Part shown: positions 10,734 to 23,036 of the stretch, piece after piece
Position numbering within the stretch: the stretch's first letter is position 1
Layout: every line of letters starts with the position of its first letter
NCBI GenBank assembly: GCA_963844715.1
Contig: CAWJPJ010000006.1
Span: 608,001-672,000, forward strand
From: an uncultured Phycisphaerales bacterium
Lineage (GTDB): Bacteria; Planctomycetota; Phycisphaerae; Tepidisphaerales; Tepidisphaeraceae
Length of the DNA: 64,000 bases
Direction of reading: 5' to 3'
Notes under the pieces: model-generated
Databases searched by the model: none
What the model was told of the DNA's origin: nothing
Seen by the model: only the letters and a program-made list of their open reading frames with translations
Position numbers and translations under genes: made by a program

Positions 10734-11229
10734 GGAGGAGTACAAGCTACAGAAGAAAGCTGGCACTCAACATTTCCGCCGCACCCTCAAACGAAACGGC
10801 CCCATCAAACACACCCACAAACTCCCCACATACGCAACCTCGATTCCACTCTCCCCTGAACGGCGAGGTCGGCCAATGCGGGCGCGTCTTGGGATGGTTT
10901 GAGCCCGCCGCATTGTCGGCGGAAGAATCTTCTAAGTCTTTACCGCAATTCCCCACCGGCAACTGGCAACTGGTCGCAGAGCCGCCGTGGCGGCCAACTG
11001 GCAACTAAACAGGTTTGTTTAATATAAATCAGATATCCCCCAAACAGCCGTCCCCATCAAAAGTGTCAACTTTTGTCAGACTCTGTCCCGCCCGTTCGAC
11101 TGCTCACCTGCTCACCCGATCCCCTGCCCTCGCGAAGCGCCCCCAAGCCCCCATTCACATCCAAACTGTAACCTTTTGCCCAAAAATGCCCGCCCGCCGC
11201 GAAATTAAATCCGTCTACTGCTCTACTGA

Positions 11230-11520
11230 TCAACTGCTCAATTGCTCTTGCGCAGCATCATCCCGCCACCACCACCCCACGGCCGGATCGTTCCCAATCG
11301 CCATCTTAATCCCCAGCCAGGTCGCGCACACCGCAGCCGCGTTGTGCGCCTGCTCCGGCGTGTCGAACACCTGCTCGATACTCTTATGGTTCCGGGGATT
11401 CCTCCAAGCCTTGAGGAAATGCCCGACGGTATAGAGATGCAGGACGTGTTGCAGCGGCAGAGCGATCTCCGCCCGCATGACTTCTGCTAGTGGAAGGTCG
11501 AGGACCGGGTTCTTGGCCAT
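11230..11520 (-). CDS. Hypothetical protein
   Basis: Compact ORF with protein-like composition (MAKNPVLDLPLAEVMRAEIALPLQ...). Confidence 0.6.
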   Translation of the reverse strand: MAKNPVLDLPLAEVMRAEIALPLQHVLHLYTVGHFLKAWRNPRNHKSIEQVFDTPEQAHNAAAVCATWLGIKMAIGNDPAVGWWWRDDAAQEQLSS

Positions 11521-11892
11521 CGCATCACCCAATGATTGATGTCAAGTTTGCAAACCGGAGGGCAGAACAGAGGATTGACAAATCTGCCCTTCCGTGGGCC
11601 TGTGCCGACTTCCATGCCGGCTATGGATCAGCCCGAAAGGCGCGGCCTGCGCCGACGCCGCGCGGAAGATTAGCCACAATATCGGCAATGTCAATCGACC
11701 CGGTCCACCATTACCAGTAATTAATTTTACTAAGGCACAAGGCCGCGCCCAGGACCCGCCTTTCCCTTCCTGCCCGAAGCGTGGTCGCCGCGGCGACTGC
11801 CTTCGTGCCTCGCCCCCAACTTGACACCCATGCCGATGCGTCCTAATTTTCAATGCGTTCGATCATCCCCCGCACCGAAAGGTTCAAGAGTC

Positions 11893-13288
11893 GTGCTGCC
11901 CGTTCAGACATCCAATACGTGCGTCGTCGGTCTGCAATGGGGCGACGAAGGCAAAGGCAAAATCGTCGATCTCCTCGCCGAACAGTCCGACGTCGTCGTT
12001 CGCTATTGCGGTGGCGCCAACGCCGGGCATACCGTTCGCATCGGCGCTGAGAAATATTCAACCCACCTCCTCCCCGTCGGCGTCCTTCGCGCCGGCAAAA
12101 TGAACGTGATCGGCAACGGCGTCGTCCTCGACCCCGCCGCCCTCTTCAAGGAAATCGACGACCTCGCCGCCCGCGGCATCGCCGTGACGCCGGCGAATCT
12201 GCGGATCAGTTATAAAACTCACCTGGTGATGCCGTATCACATGGAAGAGGATGCCGCCCGCGAAGCGCGCCAGCGTTTCCGGCGCCATCGGCACCACCCG
12301 CCGCGGCATCGGCCCGGCTTACGCCGACAAAATGCAGCGCGCTCAACGGCCGTTCGCGTCGCCGATCTGACCGATGAGGAACGCCTCAAACATCGAATCC
12401 ACCGCATCGTCACCGAGCGAAACCAGGTCCTGCAAATCCTCAGCGGCTGCGCCCCCCTCGATTGGCAGCCGATTTTCGAAACCTATCGCGACTTCGGCCG
12501 CCGAATGCAGCCATATGTCGATGACACGACCTTCCTGCTTCTCAATTATGCCAGGGAAGGAAAGCGCATCGTCTTCGAAGGCGCCCACGCCGCCCTTTTG
12601 GACGTGGATCATGGAACGTATCCCTACGTGACGAGCAGCAGTTGCTCGGCCTTGGGCGTTTATACCGGCTCGGGCGTGCCGCCGCAGATGGTGCAGAATT
12701 TCATCGGCGTGATCAAAGCCTACAGCACGCGCGTCGGCGGCGGACCGTTCCCCACCGAGCAGGACAATCAAACCGGAAATTACATCCGCGAGCGCGGCAA
12801 CGAATACGGCACGACCACACGCCGGCCGCGCCGTTGCGGGTGGTTCGATGCGGTCGCCGTGCGCATACTCGGCCGATCTGTGCGGCGTGAATTCAATCGC
12901 CATGACCCTGCTCGACGTCCTCGGCGGACTCGATCACCTGCAAATCTGCACGGCTTACAAATATCGCGGCGAAATCCTCCCCTATTTCCGCGCCGACGCC
13001 GAAACGCTCGCCGAGGTCGAGCCCATTTACGAAACCCATCCCGGCTGGCGCGGCGATGCCGCCAAATGCACCTCTTTCGATCAGTTACCGCGCGAGGCGC
13101 AACAATATGTAAAACGGATCGAGCATCTGGTCGGCGTGCCGATTAAAATGGTGAGCGTCGGTCCCGAGCGTTCGGCGACTTTAATGCGTGAAGATTCAAA
13201 AACTCCTGTCGAGCCAACCGCCGGGAAACCGATACGATCAACAAGTCCGACGCACGGATGCGGCCATGTCGCTCAGTTCCAATATTAG
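11893..13288 (+). CDS. purA: Adenylosuccinate synthetase (frameshifts ~12270-12345 and ~12865; 3' end approximate)
   Basis: GLQWGDEGKGK, GGANAGHT, DVDHGTYPYVTSS, TRVGGGPFPTE, EYGTTTRRPRRCGWFD and VSVGPER. Confidence 0.95.
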
Positions 13289-13913
13289 ACGCCGCCTTGA
13301 GCAGGTATTAAGCACCCTCGACGACGATGGGACGCTCGGCCCCCGTCTGCGACAAGATGCCGTCCGGCTTTGGAACCGCGGCAAAGATTCGTCGCCATGA
13401 ATTTGATCGGCCCCGACGCCGACCGCGCAAGCATGGAGCTGGCTTGCTACGCCCTCCAGCTCCCCGGCCGACAGACCGGCGGAATGATCTCCGGCAAACT
13501 CGGGCGCACCGAGTCTGCGCGATCGCGCTGAGCAGGCGGCCGAACTGCTCGTCAGCCTTGTCGGCCCCGACATCGACGAAAAACTTCTCGACCACACCAC
13601 CCGCCTGCTGCACGAAATCACGCACAGAACTCCCGTCATCGACGAAGCCAAACTGCTGGCCGACGCGCTCAACCTCGACGACTTCGGCCTCACCGGATTG
13701 ATCGTCACGACCATCCAGATGTCCCTCCAAGGCGAAGGAATCACCGACCTGATCACCGCCTGCGAAAAGCGCGAACAATACGGTTACTGGAGCGCCCGCT
13801 TGAAGGATGGATTCCATTTCGAGCCCGTCCGCGCCATCGCCCGCAAAAGACTGGAAACCGCCAGACAAGTCGTGAAGATGCTCGCGGATGAACTGGCGGA
13901 AGACCAACCTTAA
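13266..13913 (+). CDS. Hypothetical protein, degenerate HD-domain-like (frameshifted)
   Basis: Fragments MSLSSNIRRRLEQVL..., EAKLLADALNLDDFGLTG and FHFEPVRAIARKRLE resemble HD-fold C-termini. Confidence 0.5.
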
Positions 13914-13919
13914 AGACAA

Positions 13920-14003
13920 TTGAACCACGGATTTCGCGGATGGGCGCGGATAGGAACAAAAACCCGAATTTATCCGCGCCCATCCGCGAAATCCGTGGTT
14001 CAA
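13920..14003. repeat. REP-like hairpin family B (AACCACGGATTTCGCGGAT...)
   Basis: Perfect 33-bp inverted repeat (13920-13952 / 13971-14003); relatives at 27420-27552 and 40923-41004. Confidence 0.9.
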
Positions 14004-15236
14004 ACTCCGGTCCCTTACTATTGTGTGCGGCCTGGGTGGCGCCAATGGATCAAGCGCCGATCCCGGACGGCGCGATTCTCATCGCCAATGGAATCATTTC
14101 CGCCGTCGGACCGCGAAAGGACCTACGCTCGCGAGCGTCGAACGCCGAGGTCGTGGAATTGGGGCATTCGATTCTCCTCCCAGCCCTCATCAACGCCCAC
14201 ACCCACCTTGAACTCAGCGACTGTTCATGCGGAGCTCCGCCCAAATCAGGATTCGCGGATTGGCTTGTTGGAATGCTGCGGCGCACCGCGCATTTCGCCG
14301 GAAGAGATGCAGTCCGCCGTCACCAAAGCCGTCGAGATCGGCGTCGAGCAGTGTCTGAAATTCGGCGTTGCCACCGTGGGGGACATCAGCCGCCAGGTCC
14401 ATCTCACGCGGCCTTTGTTATTGAAGACGCCTCTCCGTGTGATCAGTTTCGGCGAAGTCCAGGCCATGGCCCAGCGGCGCGGATTTCTGGAAGAGCGCGT
14501 GGCCGCCGCGGCCAGCAAATCCGTCTCCTCCGACAAATTAAGAATCGGCATCTCCCCCCACGCACCATACTCCGTGGAGCCCGACGGCTATCGCCGCTGT
14601 CTGGAAGTTGCGCGGCAAAACAAAATGCCTCTCTCAACACATCTCGCTGAGACGCCCGACGAGTCGATATTCTTATCCGACCACGCCGGCCCCTTGCGAG
14701 ATCTATGGGACGCCTGGCTCACCTGGGACGAAGAGGTCCCTCAATTCGCAGGCGGCCCGATCCGCTATGCTCAATCACTAGGGCTCCTCGACTACCCCAC
14801 TCTCCTCGCCCATGTGAATTATTGCGATGACGAGGAACTGGCCATTCTTGCGGGTGGAAAAGCCGGCGTCGTATTCTGCCCGCGCACGCACGATTATTTC
14901 GGCCACCCACCCCACCGCTGGCGGGAGATGCTAGCCCGCGGCATCAACGTAGCGGTCGGAACGGACAGTTGCGCCAGCTCGCCAGATCTGAATATCGTTG
15001 ACGATCTGCGCCTACTTCACCGCCAAAACCGCGACATCCCCGCCGAGGAAATTTGGCAACTTGTTACGACCCGCGGCGCTCGGGTCCTGGGCCTGGAACG
15101 AGTCTGCGGCTCCCTCACCCCCGGCCTGCAGGCGGACATTGTCGCATTTCCTTGCGCCACCGGCGAACCGTTGAAGGAGGTCCTCGAAGGCAGCGAACTA
15201 CCGTCCCAAATCTGGATCGCGGGCACAATGATTTGA
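13940..15236 (+). CDS. Metal-dependent amidohydrolase (deaminase family; frameshift ~14290; start uncertain)
   Basis: LINAHTHLE, SPHAPYS, THLAET, AHVN, GTDS and GSLTPGLQADIV. Confidence 0.88.
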
Positions 15237-15270
15237 CCCGGTGGTCTATTTCATATATAGTTAATTCACG

Positions 15271-15628
15271 ATGCGTAGGCGACGAAGAAAGCAAACTGAA
15301 ATAAGCGATCCGAGAAAATCCGACGTCGAGTGGTTTATATCCCTTCCGGACTCCGAGAAGGAGCGGATTTTCCAGGAGATTGAGGCCGAATCACCACAAG
15401 AGCATCTCGCGCGTTCACGCCCCCTCAACGCTCGCGAGCGAAAGCAGTGGCGCCGCTTCCAAGCCAAGGCCGGCCGCCCCAAAATCGGCAAAGGCGCATA
15501 AAACCATCTCCCTGACCGTCGAGCGAGGCCTCCTAAAGCAAGCCGACGCCTTCGCCAAGAAGCACGGCATCACTCGCGCCAAGCTGATCGCCCAATGCCT
15601 CCAAGCCGTAATCGGTTCGGCAGCGTAG
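15271..15628 (+). CDS. Ribbon-helix-helix/CopG-like (BrnA-antitoxin-like) protein (frameshift ~15498)
   Basis: Joined frames give GRPKIGKGA-KTISLTVERGLLKQADAFAKKHGITRAKLIAQ. Confidence 0.6.
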
Positions 15629-15643
15629 TCAGGTCACCGCCTT

Positions 15644-16963
15644 TTATCGCCTCTGATCCTCCCGATGCGGCACAATCGCCAAAAGCACCGCCCCCAGCGC
15701 CAAAGCCACGGAGACGAATAGAAGACCCGCCGTAAAGCTCCCCGTCGATTGCTTCGTCCACCCAATCACCGTCGGTGCGACCGCGCCGGCCAGGGCGCTG
15801 AAGCAATTCACAATCGCGATCCCCCCGGCCGCCGCGTTTCCCTTCAGATATCTTGTTGGAATCGTCCAGAACGGCGCGAGCGATCCGAAGATTCCAACCG
15901 CAGTAATGCACAGCGCGGGCATTCCCCAGCCAAGCGTCGGCAAATACTTCAGCGTCAGGCAGACGATGACCATCCCAATCGATCCCGTAGCGGCACAGAT
16001 CGCCCCATAAAATTTCGGCCTCCCGGCCCGATCCGCGCGGCGGGCGATGATGACCATCGCCGCCGCCGCCAGCGCGTAGGGAATTCCCGAAACAAATCCG
16101 ATGCGCGCGTCGCTGATGGCGCTGATCGACTTCACGATCGAGGGGAGCCAATAAATGAAACCATACAAACCCGAAACGAGCATAAAGTTCGTCGCGCTGA
16201 GAATCCAAAGTCTGCCATCCCCCATCGCCTTCCAGAGATTGCCGATGTGATGGCTCTGGGCCTCCGATTCATCCAGGGCCAGTTCGCGCTCGATCCAATC
16301 TTTCTCCTCTGCCGGAAGCCACGAAGCCTTCGCAGGCCTGTCCGGCAAGATCGGAAACAGCAAGATCGAGATTCCCAACAGCGCCGGCAAAATCCCCTCG
16401 AGCAAAAAGAGCCACTGCCAGCCGTGCAACCCGCCGATGCCGTCCATTTTCATCAGCAGACCGCCGAGGGGATTCCCAACCAATCCCGACAGCGCCGTCG
16501 ACGTCAAAAACGCCGCCATCGCGCCGGTCCGATGGCTCGACGGCACCCAATACGTCAGATAAAGCACGATCCCGGGAAAGAAACCCGCCTCAGCGATACC
16601 GAGCATCAGTCTCAGAAGATAAAAGCTGGACGTCCCGCGCGTGAACATCATGCACGCCGAGATGATCCCCCACGAGATCATGATCCGCGCGATCCAACGC
16701 CGCGCCCCGACCCGCACCAGGATCAAATTGCTCGGCACCTCAAATGCGCAATACCCGAGGAAAAACAATCCCGTCCCTGTTCCATAGCTGGCGTCCGTCA
16801 GATTCGCGTCGGCGAGCATGCGCAGTTTCGCCATCGCGACATTGGTTCGATCCAGATAATTGATAAGGAACAGCAAGCAGAGGAGCGGGATGAGCCGCCG
16901 CATGACGCGGGCCATCGCCGCCGCGCCGACATCATTGGGGGCGGTGGTCGGCGCGACGTTCAT
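15644..16963 (-). CDS. MFS transporter, anion:cation symporter (TtuB-like) family
   Basis: NYLDRTN, FEVPSN, GARRWIARIM, EAGFFPG and GWQWLFLLEG; about 12 hydrophobic segments. Confidence 0.93.
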   Translation of the reverse strand: MNVAPTTAPNDVGAAAMARVMRRLIPLLCLLFLINYLDRTNVAMAKLRMLADANLTDASYGTGTGLFFLGYCAFEVPSNLILVRVGARRWIARIMISWGIISACMMFTRGTSSFYLLRLMLGIAEAGFFPGIVLYLTYWVPSSHRTGAMAAFLTSTALSGLVGNPLGGLLMKMDGIGGLHGWQWLFLLEGILPALLGISILLFPILPDRPAKASWLPAEEKDWIERELALDESEAQSHHIGNLWKAMGDGRLWILSATNFMLVSGLYGFIYWLPSIVKSISAISDARIGFVSGIPYALAAAAMVIIARRADRAGRPKFYGAICAATGSIGMVIVCLTLKYLPTLGWGMPALCITAVGIFGSLAPFWTIPTRYLKGNAAAGGIAIVNCFSALAGAVAPTVIGWTKQSTGSFTAGLLFVSVALALGAVLLAIVPHREDQRR

Positions 16964-17560
16964 TCCGCGCCGGTCCCGCTTTCGCGCGCCCGATTGATCG
17001 CCGCGATGATGCGCTTATGGACTTCCCGCGGCCGGGAGACCGTCTGCCACACAGCCGTCGGCATCGACTCGTCCCTGGGAATGATCTCAATCGACCCCAC
17101 AGCCACCATTCTCTCCCGCATGGTGGAAACTAATCGCGTCCGCACGATTTTCTCAGCGGGCAATCGAAGACATCGATGTAAAACACGCCGGCGAGGCGCA
17201 AGATGCGCTGATCAGTAAGGACGTAGAGCCGACCCATCCATTGCAGGAGCGCCCAGACCAAACGGCCGACGATGAAAACGGTAGCCAATTCGAAATCGAG
17301 CCGGTCATGGGTTCGGTGGTCGATCACGGCCGTCCCCAGGCTGATCAACATCACCGCCCCGCAAAACGTCAGCGACGACCAGGGAATGAACCACGCAGAC
17401 GGCTTCAGAAGCAGAATGATAATTTCGCCGTCGCGAAAAATGTGCGACGCGAGCAACGTCGCCAGGGACGTCGAGTGCGGCTGAATCGCCGCCGCCCCGG
17501 CTCCAGTCGCCCCCGCGCCGGCGCCGCCGGCCTCCGTCGAATGAAAACTTGGGTATTTCA
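16960..17560 (-). CDS. Membrane protein with bacterial PH (bPH_2)-like domain (frameshift ~17155; start uncertain)
   Basis: GEIIILLLKPS, two TM helices, LYVLTDQRILRLAGV, then VGSIEI and WQTVSRPREVH in the next frame. Confidence 0.6.
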
Positions 17561-18115
17561 GACCAATCTCTCCATGGCCGAGGCTCGCAGCGTTACCACC
17601 TCGGGCAGGTTCCGGTAAAAATTATTGTAGTCCAATCCGTACCCAACCACGAAAACATCCGGGATTTCAAACCCAACGTAATCCACATGCATCGCCTTTG
17701 CCGTCGGCCGATCTTTGCGCAAGAGCACGCACGATTTCACGCTCGCCGCCCCCAACTCCCGCACCACCGGCAGCACGGTCGCGAGCGTGCCGCCGCTGTC
17801 GAGAATATCGTCCACAACGACCACGTGCCTTCCCCGGATTTCCCCAAGCTGGCTGGCCAGCAACTCCGGTCCCTGCGACCGAACCGACCTTCCCGGATAG
17901 CTGCTGACCCCCATAAGTCCGAGTTTCATCGCGATGGGGATATTCCGCATCAGATCAGCGCAAAAAATCATCGCGCCCGTAAGGATCGGTACAAGGGTGA
18001 TTCCCCCATCCTTATCGGCCGAGGCATGATCGGCGGTAATTTGCGCCGCCAGCTCCCGGACGCGCCGGGCCAACTCGGTTTGAGGGATCAGAACCCGTTC
18101 GATATCCCCTTGCAT
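17558..18115 (-). CDS. hpt: Hypoxanthine phosphoribosyltransferase
   Basis: VVVVDDILDSGGTL PRPP motif, VSSY and FVVGYGLDY. Confidence 0.95.
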   Translation of the reverse strand: MQGDIERVLIPQTELARRVRELAAQITADHASADKDGGITLVPILTGAMIFCADLMRNIPIAMKLGLMGVSSYPGRSVRSQGPELLASQLGEIRGRHVVVVDDILDSGGTLATVLPVVRELGAASVKSCVLLRKDRPTAKAMHVDYVGFEIPDVFVVGYGLDYNNFYRNLPEVVTLRASAMERLV

Positions 18116-18203
18116 GGCGGCACATCTTACCCGATGACCTGCAAACTTTGGGAAAGAGATTGCGGAGGGCTTACAATATCAATTGGAGGGGAGAACTTTG
18201 GGG

Positions 18204-18333
18204 AAAACCAGAATTCCGAAACCCGAAATCCGAATCAAACCCGAATGACCAAATGACCCAATCGGCGGAACGGCCCTTCGGTCATTCGGATTTCGGATTT
18301 GACTCTGGTTTCGGATTTCTGGTTTCGGGTTTC
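18204..18333. repeat. Inverted array of ~7-nt units (CCGAAAT/CCGAATG), REP-like
   Basis: GAAACCCGAAATCCGAATCAAACCCGAATGACC ... GGTCATTCGGATTTCGGATTTGA...GGTTTCGGGTTTC, downstream of pckG. Confidence 0.75.
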
Positions 18334-18335
18334 GC

Positions 18336-20171
18336 CTATAGCCTGCTCACCAGAAGCTCGCGCTGAAAAATCATTTCCTTAGGCAAATCCCCCGCCAACT
18401 TAAGGAACAGTTCTTCCTGGCTAAGCAGCTCCGCCTTGATCTCGTCGAGACTGATGTCCTGTAGCTTATCGAATTTCTCGAGCGTAATCGGCAATCCCTC
18501 GAGATCAATGTCGCTCCCGCGCGGCATCCAGCCAATCGGCGTCTCCCTCGCATACGCCCGGCCCTTGCATCGGTCGATGATCCACTTCAGCACGCGCATA
18601 TTCTCCCCATACCCCGGCCACATGAATTTCCCATTGCTGTCCGTGCGGAACCAATTGACGTGGAAGATGCGCGGGCAATCGGTCATCTTCTTTCGCATGC
18701 GGAACCAGTGAACGATATAGTCGCGGATGTTGTAGCCAATGAAGGGGAGCATGGCCATCGGATCGCGCCGGACGATGCCGACTTGCCCGGACGCTGCCGC
18801 CGTCGTTTCGCTGCCAAGCGTGGCGCCCAGATAAACGCCGTGCATCCAATTGAAGGCCTGGAAGACGAGCGGGATGGTGCGCGATCTTCGCCCGCCGAAG
18901 ATGAGCGCTGAGACGGGCACACCCGCAGGATCATCCGCCGCGGGATCAAGCGCGGGATTATTCGTCATCGGGGCCGTGAATCGGCTGTTCGGATGCGCCA
19001 CCTTCGTGCCCGATTGCGGCGCCCATTCCTTGCCCATCCAGTCGATGCACTTCGCCGGCGGCTCGGAAGTTTTCCCCTCCCACCAGACATCGCCATCCGG
19101 AAGCAGTCCCACATTGGTGTAGATCGTATCGTGAGACATCGCAGCCATGGCGTTGGGATTGGTTTGATGATTGGTGCCGGGGACGACGCCGAAATAACCC
19201 GCCTCGGGATTGATCGCCCGCAAGCGCCCCGATTCGTCCACCCACATCCAGACAATATCGTCCCCCACCGTGGTGACTTTCCATCCCGCATCCTGATATT
19301 TTTTCGGCGGGATGAGCATCGCAAAATTGGTTTTGCCGCACGCGCTAGGGAAAGCCGCCGCGACGTACGTCTTTTCTCCCTGCGGGCTGGTCGCTCCGGT
19401 GAGGAGCATGTGCTCGGCCATCCAGTCCTGCTGATTTCCAAGATAACTGGCGATGCGCAGCGCGAGACATTTCTTTCCCAATAACGCATTGCCGCCGTAT
19501 CCGGAACCGATGCTCCAGATCGTGTTGTCGGTTGGGAAATGGCAGATGTAGCGCCGCTCGGGGTTGCAATCGGCTACCGAATGGAGGCAGCGCGTGAATT
19601 CGATCTCCCCATCCGGCCCGGCCGTGGACGCCAATTGCTTCCAGGCCACCTGCCCCATGCGGGTCATGATCCCCATGCTTACGGCCACGTAGACCGAATC
19701 TGTCAGCTCCACCCCCACTTTCGCCAGCGGCGATCCAATCGGCCCCATCACGAAGGGCACGACATACATCGTCCGCCCGGCCATAGAGCCGCTAAAGAGC
19801 CCGCGCAGTTTCGCGTAAGCCGCGCGCGTCTCCATCCAATTGTTCGTCGGGCCGGCCATGTCCTGGCTTGGCGTGCAGATGAAGGTGCACTGCTCGCTCC
19901 GAGCCACGTCGTTTGGATTGCTCCGATGCAGATAACACCCCGGCAACTTCTGCTGATTCAGAGGAATGAACACCCCTTCCTTGACGCCCCGGGCGAGCAA
20001 ACTTGCCCTCTCGTTCCCCGACCCGTCGCACCAGTAAACGTCTCGGGGCTGGCAGAGCTTCACGCATTCCTCTACCCAGTGTTTGACCGTTACAGGCATC
20101 CCCGCGGGCGCCTGCCCCGCCGATCCCTGCGAAGTTCCCGACCCCGTCTGCTCCATCTCGGTGATGCTCAT
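18336..20171 (-). CDS. pckG: Phosphoenolpyruvate carboxykinase (GTP)
   Basis: [46 protein letters not shown] and WPGYGEN. Confidence 0.97.
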   Translation of the reverse strand: MSITEMEQTGSGTSQGSAGQAPAGMPVTVKHWVEECVKLCQPRDVYWCDGSGNERASLLARGVKEGVFIPLNQQKLPGCYLHRSNPNDVARSEQCTFICTPSQDMAGPTNNWMETRAAYAKLRGLFSGSMAGRTMYVVPFVMGPIGSPLAKVGVELTDSVYVAVSMGIMTRMGQVAWKQLASTAGPDGEIEFTRCLHSVADCNPERRYICHFPTDNTIWSIGSGYGGNALLGKKCLALRIASYLGNQQDWMAEHMLLTGATSPQGEKTYVAAAFPSACGKTNFAMLIPPKKYQDAGWKVTTVGDDIVWMWVDESGRLRAINPEAGYFGVVPGTNHQTNPNAMAAMSHDTIYTNVGLLPDGDVWWEGKTSEPPAKCIDWMGKEWAPQSGTKVAHPNSRFTAPMTNNPALDPAADDPAGVPVSALIFGGRRSRTIPLVFQAFNWMHGVYLGATLGSETTAAASGQVGIVRRDPMAMLPFIGYNIRDYIVHWFRMRKKMTDCPRIFHVNWFRTDSNGKFMWPGYGENMRVLKWIIDRCKGRAYARETPIGWMPRGSDIDLEGLPITLEKFDKLQDISLDEIKAELLSQEELFLKLAGDLPKEMIFQRELLVSRL

Positions 20172-20267
20172 CTTAAACTCCCGGTTGTGCCTGGCGGCGT
20201 ACTGTCACCTAACCTCGACCACCCCGCAAGCTGGAAACAGCGATTTCCGCCCATTTCCTCAAACTTA

Positions 20268-20295
20268 TTGACGCTCTCGTCGCCGCCGATATGAT
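20268..20295 (+). promoter_or_regulatory. Putative sigma70 promoter for cimA leader
   Basis: TTGACG (20268-20273), 16-nt spacer, TATGAT (20290-20295). Confidence 0.55.
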
Positions 20296-20304
20296 ATGGT
20301 TCTC

Positions 20305-20361
20305 ATGCAGCAAATTCCCGCGATCGCCCGCATCATTATTAGCCCCGGAAATCTCGGGTAG
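20305..20361 (+). CDS. Ile-rich attenuator leader peptide MQQIPAIARIIISPGNLG
   Basis: 18-codon ORF with 5 Ile including ATC-ATT-ATT, upstream of citramalate synthase and of a terminator. Confidence 0.8.
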   Translation: MQQIPAIARIIISPGNLG

Positions 20362-20389
20362 GGCAGATCGTGTAGCCGATACAACTTTC

Positions 20390-20423
20390 AAAGCCCTGCC
20401 CGATGGCAGGGCTTTTTTGTTTT
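20390..20423 (+). terminator. Attenuator intrinsic terminator
   Basis: AAAGCCCTGCC-CGAT-GGCAGGGCTTT followed by TTTGTTTT; upstream GGGCAG (20361-20366) can pair with CTGCCC in the 5' arm (antiterminator). Confidence 0.85.
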
Positions 20424-20439
20424 AGACTTGGCGGACTCC

Positions 20440-22040
20440 ATGGAACCACGACGCATCGAAATCTACGACACCACCCTCCGCGACGGCACCCAGGGCGAGG
20501 GATTCAATCTCTCCCTCCAGGACAAGGTCATGATCGCCCAACGGCTCGATGAACTCGGGCGTGGATTACATCGAAGGCGGCTTCCCCCTCTCCAACCCCA
20601 AGGACGCCGCCTTCTTTCAGGAAGTCAAAGCCCTCAAGTTTTCCAGCGCGCGCATCTCCGCCTTTGGCATGACCCGCCGCCGCGGCGTCAAACCGGAAGA
20701 AGACCCGGGCATGCGATCGCTCCTCGAGGCGGAGACGCCGGTGGTCACCCTCGTCGGCAAAACCAGTGAACTCCAGGCAACCAAAGTTCTCGGCGTCTCC
20801 CCTGAAGAAAACTGCGCCATGATCGCCGATTCCGTCCGCTTCATCCGCCAGGCGGGACGCATGGTGATCTATGACGCCGAGCATTTCTTCGACACGTATC
20901 GCGACAATCCCGAGTATGCCCTCAAGACTCTCCTAGCCGCCCAGGAAGCGGGCGCCAGCGTTCTGGTGCTCTGCGACACCAACGGCGGCACGATGCCCGA
21001 ATTTGTCGCCCAGGCCGTTGCCGATGTGAAAAAGCAGACTTCCGTAAAAATCGGCATCCATACGCACAACGACGCGGCCCTCGCCGTCGCCAACGCCCTG
21101 GCCGCCGTCCATTCCGGCGCCGATCACGCCCAGGGAACCATCAACGGCGTCGGCGAACGCTGCGGAAACATGGACCTCGTCCCGCTCATCGCTAATCTCC
21201 AGCTCAAATATAACCTCGACTGCCTGCGCCCCGGCACGCTGCGCCATCTCACCGAAGTCAGCCGCTACGTTTACGAAACTGCGAATCTCAACCCCGTGAA
21301 CGGCCAGCCCTACGTCGGCTCCAGCGCCTTCGCTCACAAGGGCGGCATGCACGTCCATGCCGTGCAGAAAGACGCGACCACCTACGAACACATCGCCCCC
21401 GAAGCCGTCGGCAACAATCGCAAAATCCTCGTCAGCGAACTCTCCGGCGCCAGCAACATCGCCGCCAAGGCGGGCCGAAAATTTGACAATCGAAAATGAC
21501 AAGCTGGTTCTGCGCCGCGTTCTGGATAAAGTCCAGAATTTGGAAAACGCGGGTTATCACTTCGAGGTCGCCGAGGCCAGCTTCGAACTGCTCGTCCGCA
21601 AGGAAATCGGCAAGCGCAAGAAATTCTTCGACTTGGACGGCTATCGCGTCTCCGTCGTCAAACGAGACGGCGGCAAGCCCAATTCCGAAGCGGATGTGAA
21701 ACTCCGCGTCGGCGACCACACCGAGCATCGCATCGCCGAAGGCGACGGCCCGGTGAACGCCTTGGATAACGCCTTGCGGGAAGCATTACGCCTACACTAT
21801 CCCCAAATCGCCCAGGTGCATCTGACGGACTACAAGGTGCGGGTCATCAATTCCCGCGACGAGACGGCCGCCACGGTCCGCGTCGTCATCGAATGCCGCC
21901 GCGACCGCGCCAACGGCACCAAGGAAACCTTCGGTACCATCGGAGTCAGCGGCAATATCATCGACGCCAGTTGGCAGGCCCTCGTAGACGCCTACGATTA
22001 CCATTTGATCCACGTAACCGAGGAATCCCCCACCCATTGA
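20440..22040 (+). CDS. cimA: Citramalate synthase (frameshifts ~20560 and ~21495)
   Basis: [62 protein letters not shown] and [10 protein letters not shown]; this combination is typical of bacterial CimA rather than LeuA. Confidence 0.92.
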
Positions 22041-22154
22041 CCCAAAAGCGAAGCCGGGGGAACTCGTTCCCCCGGATCGATGCGACGAAATACCCCGATT
22101 GAAAACTCCACCGCCCCCATAGAATCCCCCCCAATCACTTCATACACTAAAGGC

Positions 22155-22918
22155 ATGTCCGCCGCGCCCGACCTGGCCAACATCCCCATGCCCCGCCACA
22201 TCGCCGTCATCATGGACGGCAACGGCCGCTGGGCCGTCCAACGCGGCCTGCCGCGCGTCAAGGGCCACCAGGAAGGAGCCAAGACGGTTCGCAATATCGT
22301 CACCGAATGCGCCCGTCTCCATAAGGAGCATGGCGGCCCCGATTTCCTGACCCTCTATTCCTTCAGCCTGGAAAACTGGAAGCGCCCATCGACGAAGTTT
22401 CGTTCCTCATGCAGATGTACATCGAATATCTCCGCTCGGAACGAAAGACGATGATGGACAACAACATCCGCTTCCAGCAGATCGGCCGATTGGAAAACCT
22501 CCCCGATCTGGTTCTTGAGGAAGTGAACCGCACGCTGGAAATGACTGCCGGAAACGACGGCCTGCAAATGATCCTGGCCCTCAATTACGGCAGCCGTGCC
22601 GAGATCACCGACGCCGTCAGAGCCATCGCCGAAAAGGTTGCCGCCGGCTCGATTGACCCGCAGGACATCCAGGAGCAGACTATCAGCGATCATCTCTACA
22701 CGGCCGGCATGCCCGACCCCGACATCCTCATCCGCACCGCCGGCGAAATGCGCGTGAGCAATTATCTCCTCTGGCAAATCAGCTACGCCGAATTAGTGGT
22801 CAGCCCCGTCCTCTGGCCCGATTTCACAATCGAGGATCTACACAAAGCAATCAAAGAATACGCCAGCCGCCATCGGCGGTTTGGGGCGCTGGATCAAACC
22901 AATACGCTTCAGGTTTAA
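22155..22918 (+). CDS. uppS: Undecaprenyl diphosphate synthase (frameshift ~22388)
   Basis: [31 protein letters not shown] and [20 protein letters not shown]. Confidence 0.95.
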
Positions 22919-23036
22919 CGGCACATCTCGCGGGCGGGAACGCGGTATTTGTTTTGCGGGGTCAGGCTGCCGGACTTGGTTTGAGCCAGCCGAACCGGTT
23001 TTGCGCAAGTGCCATGAGTTGTTAATATGCACCCGC

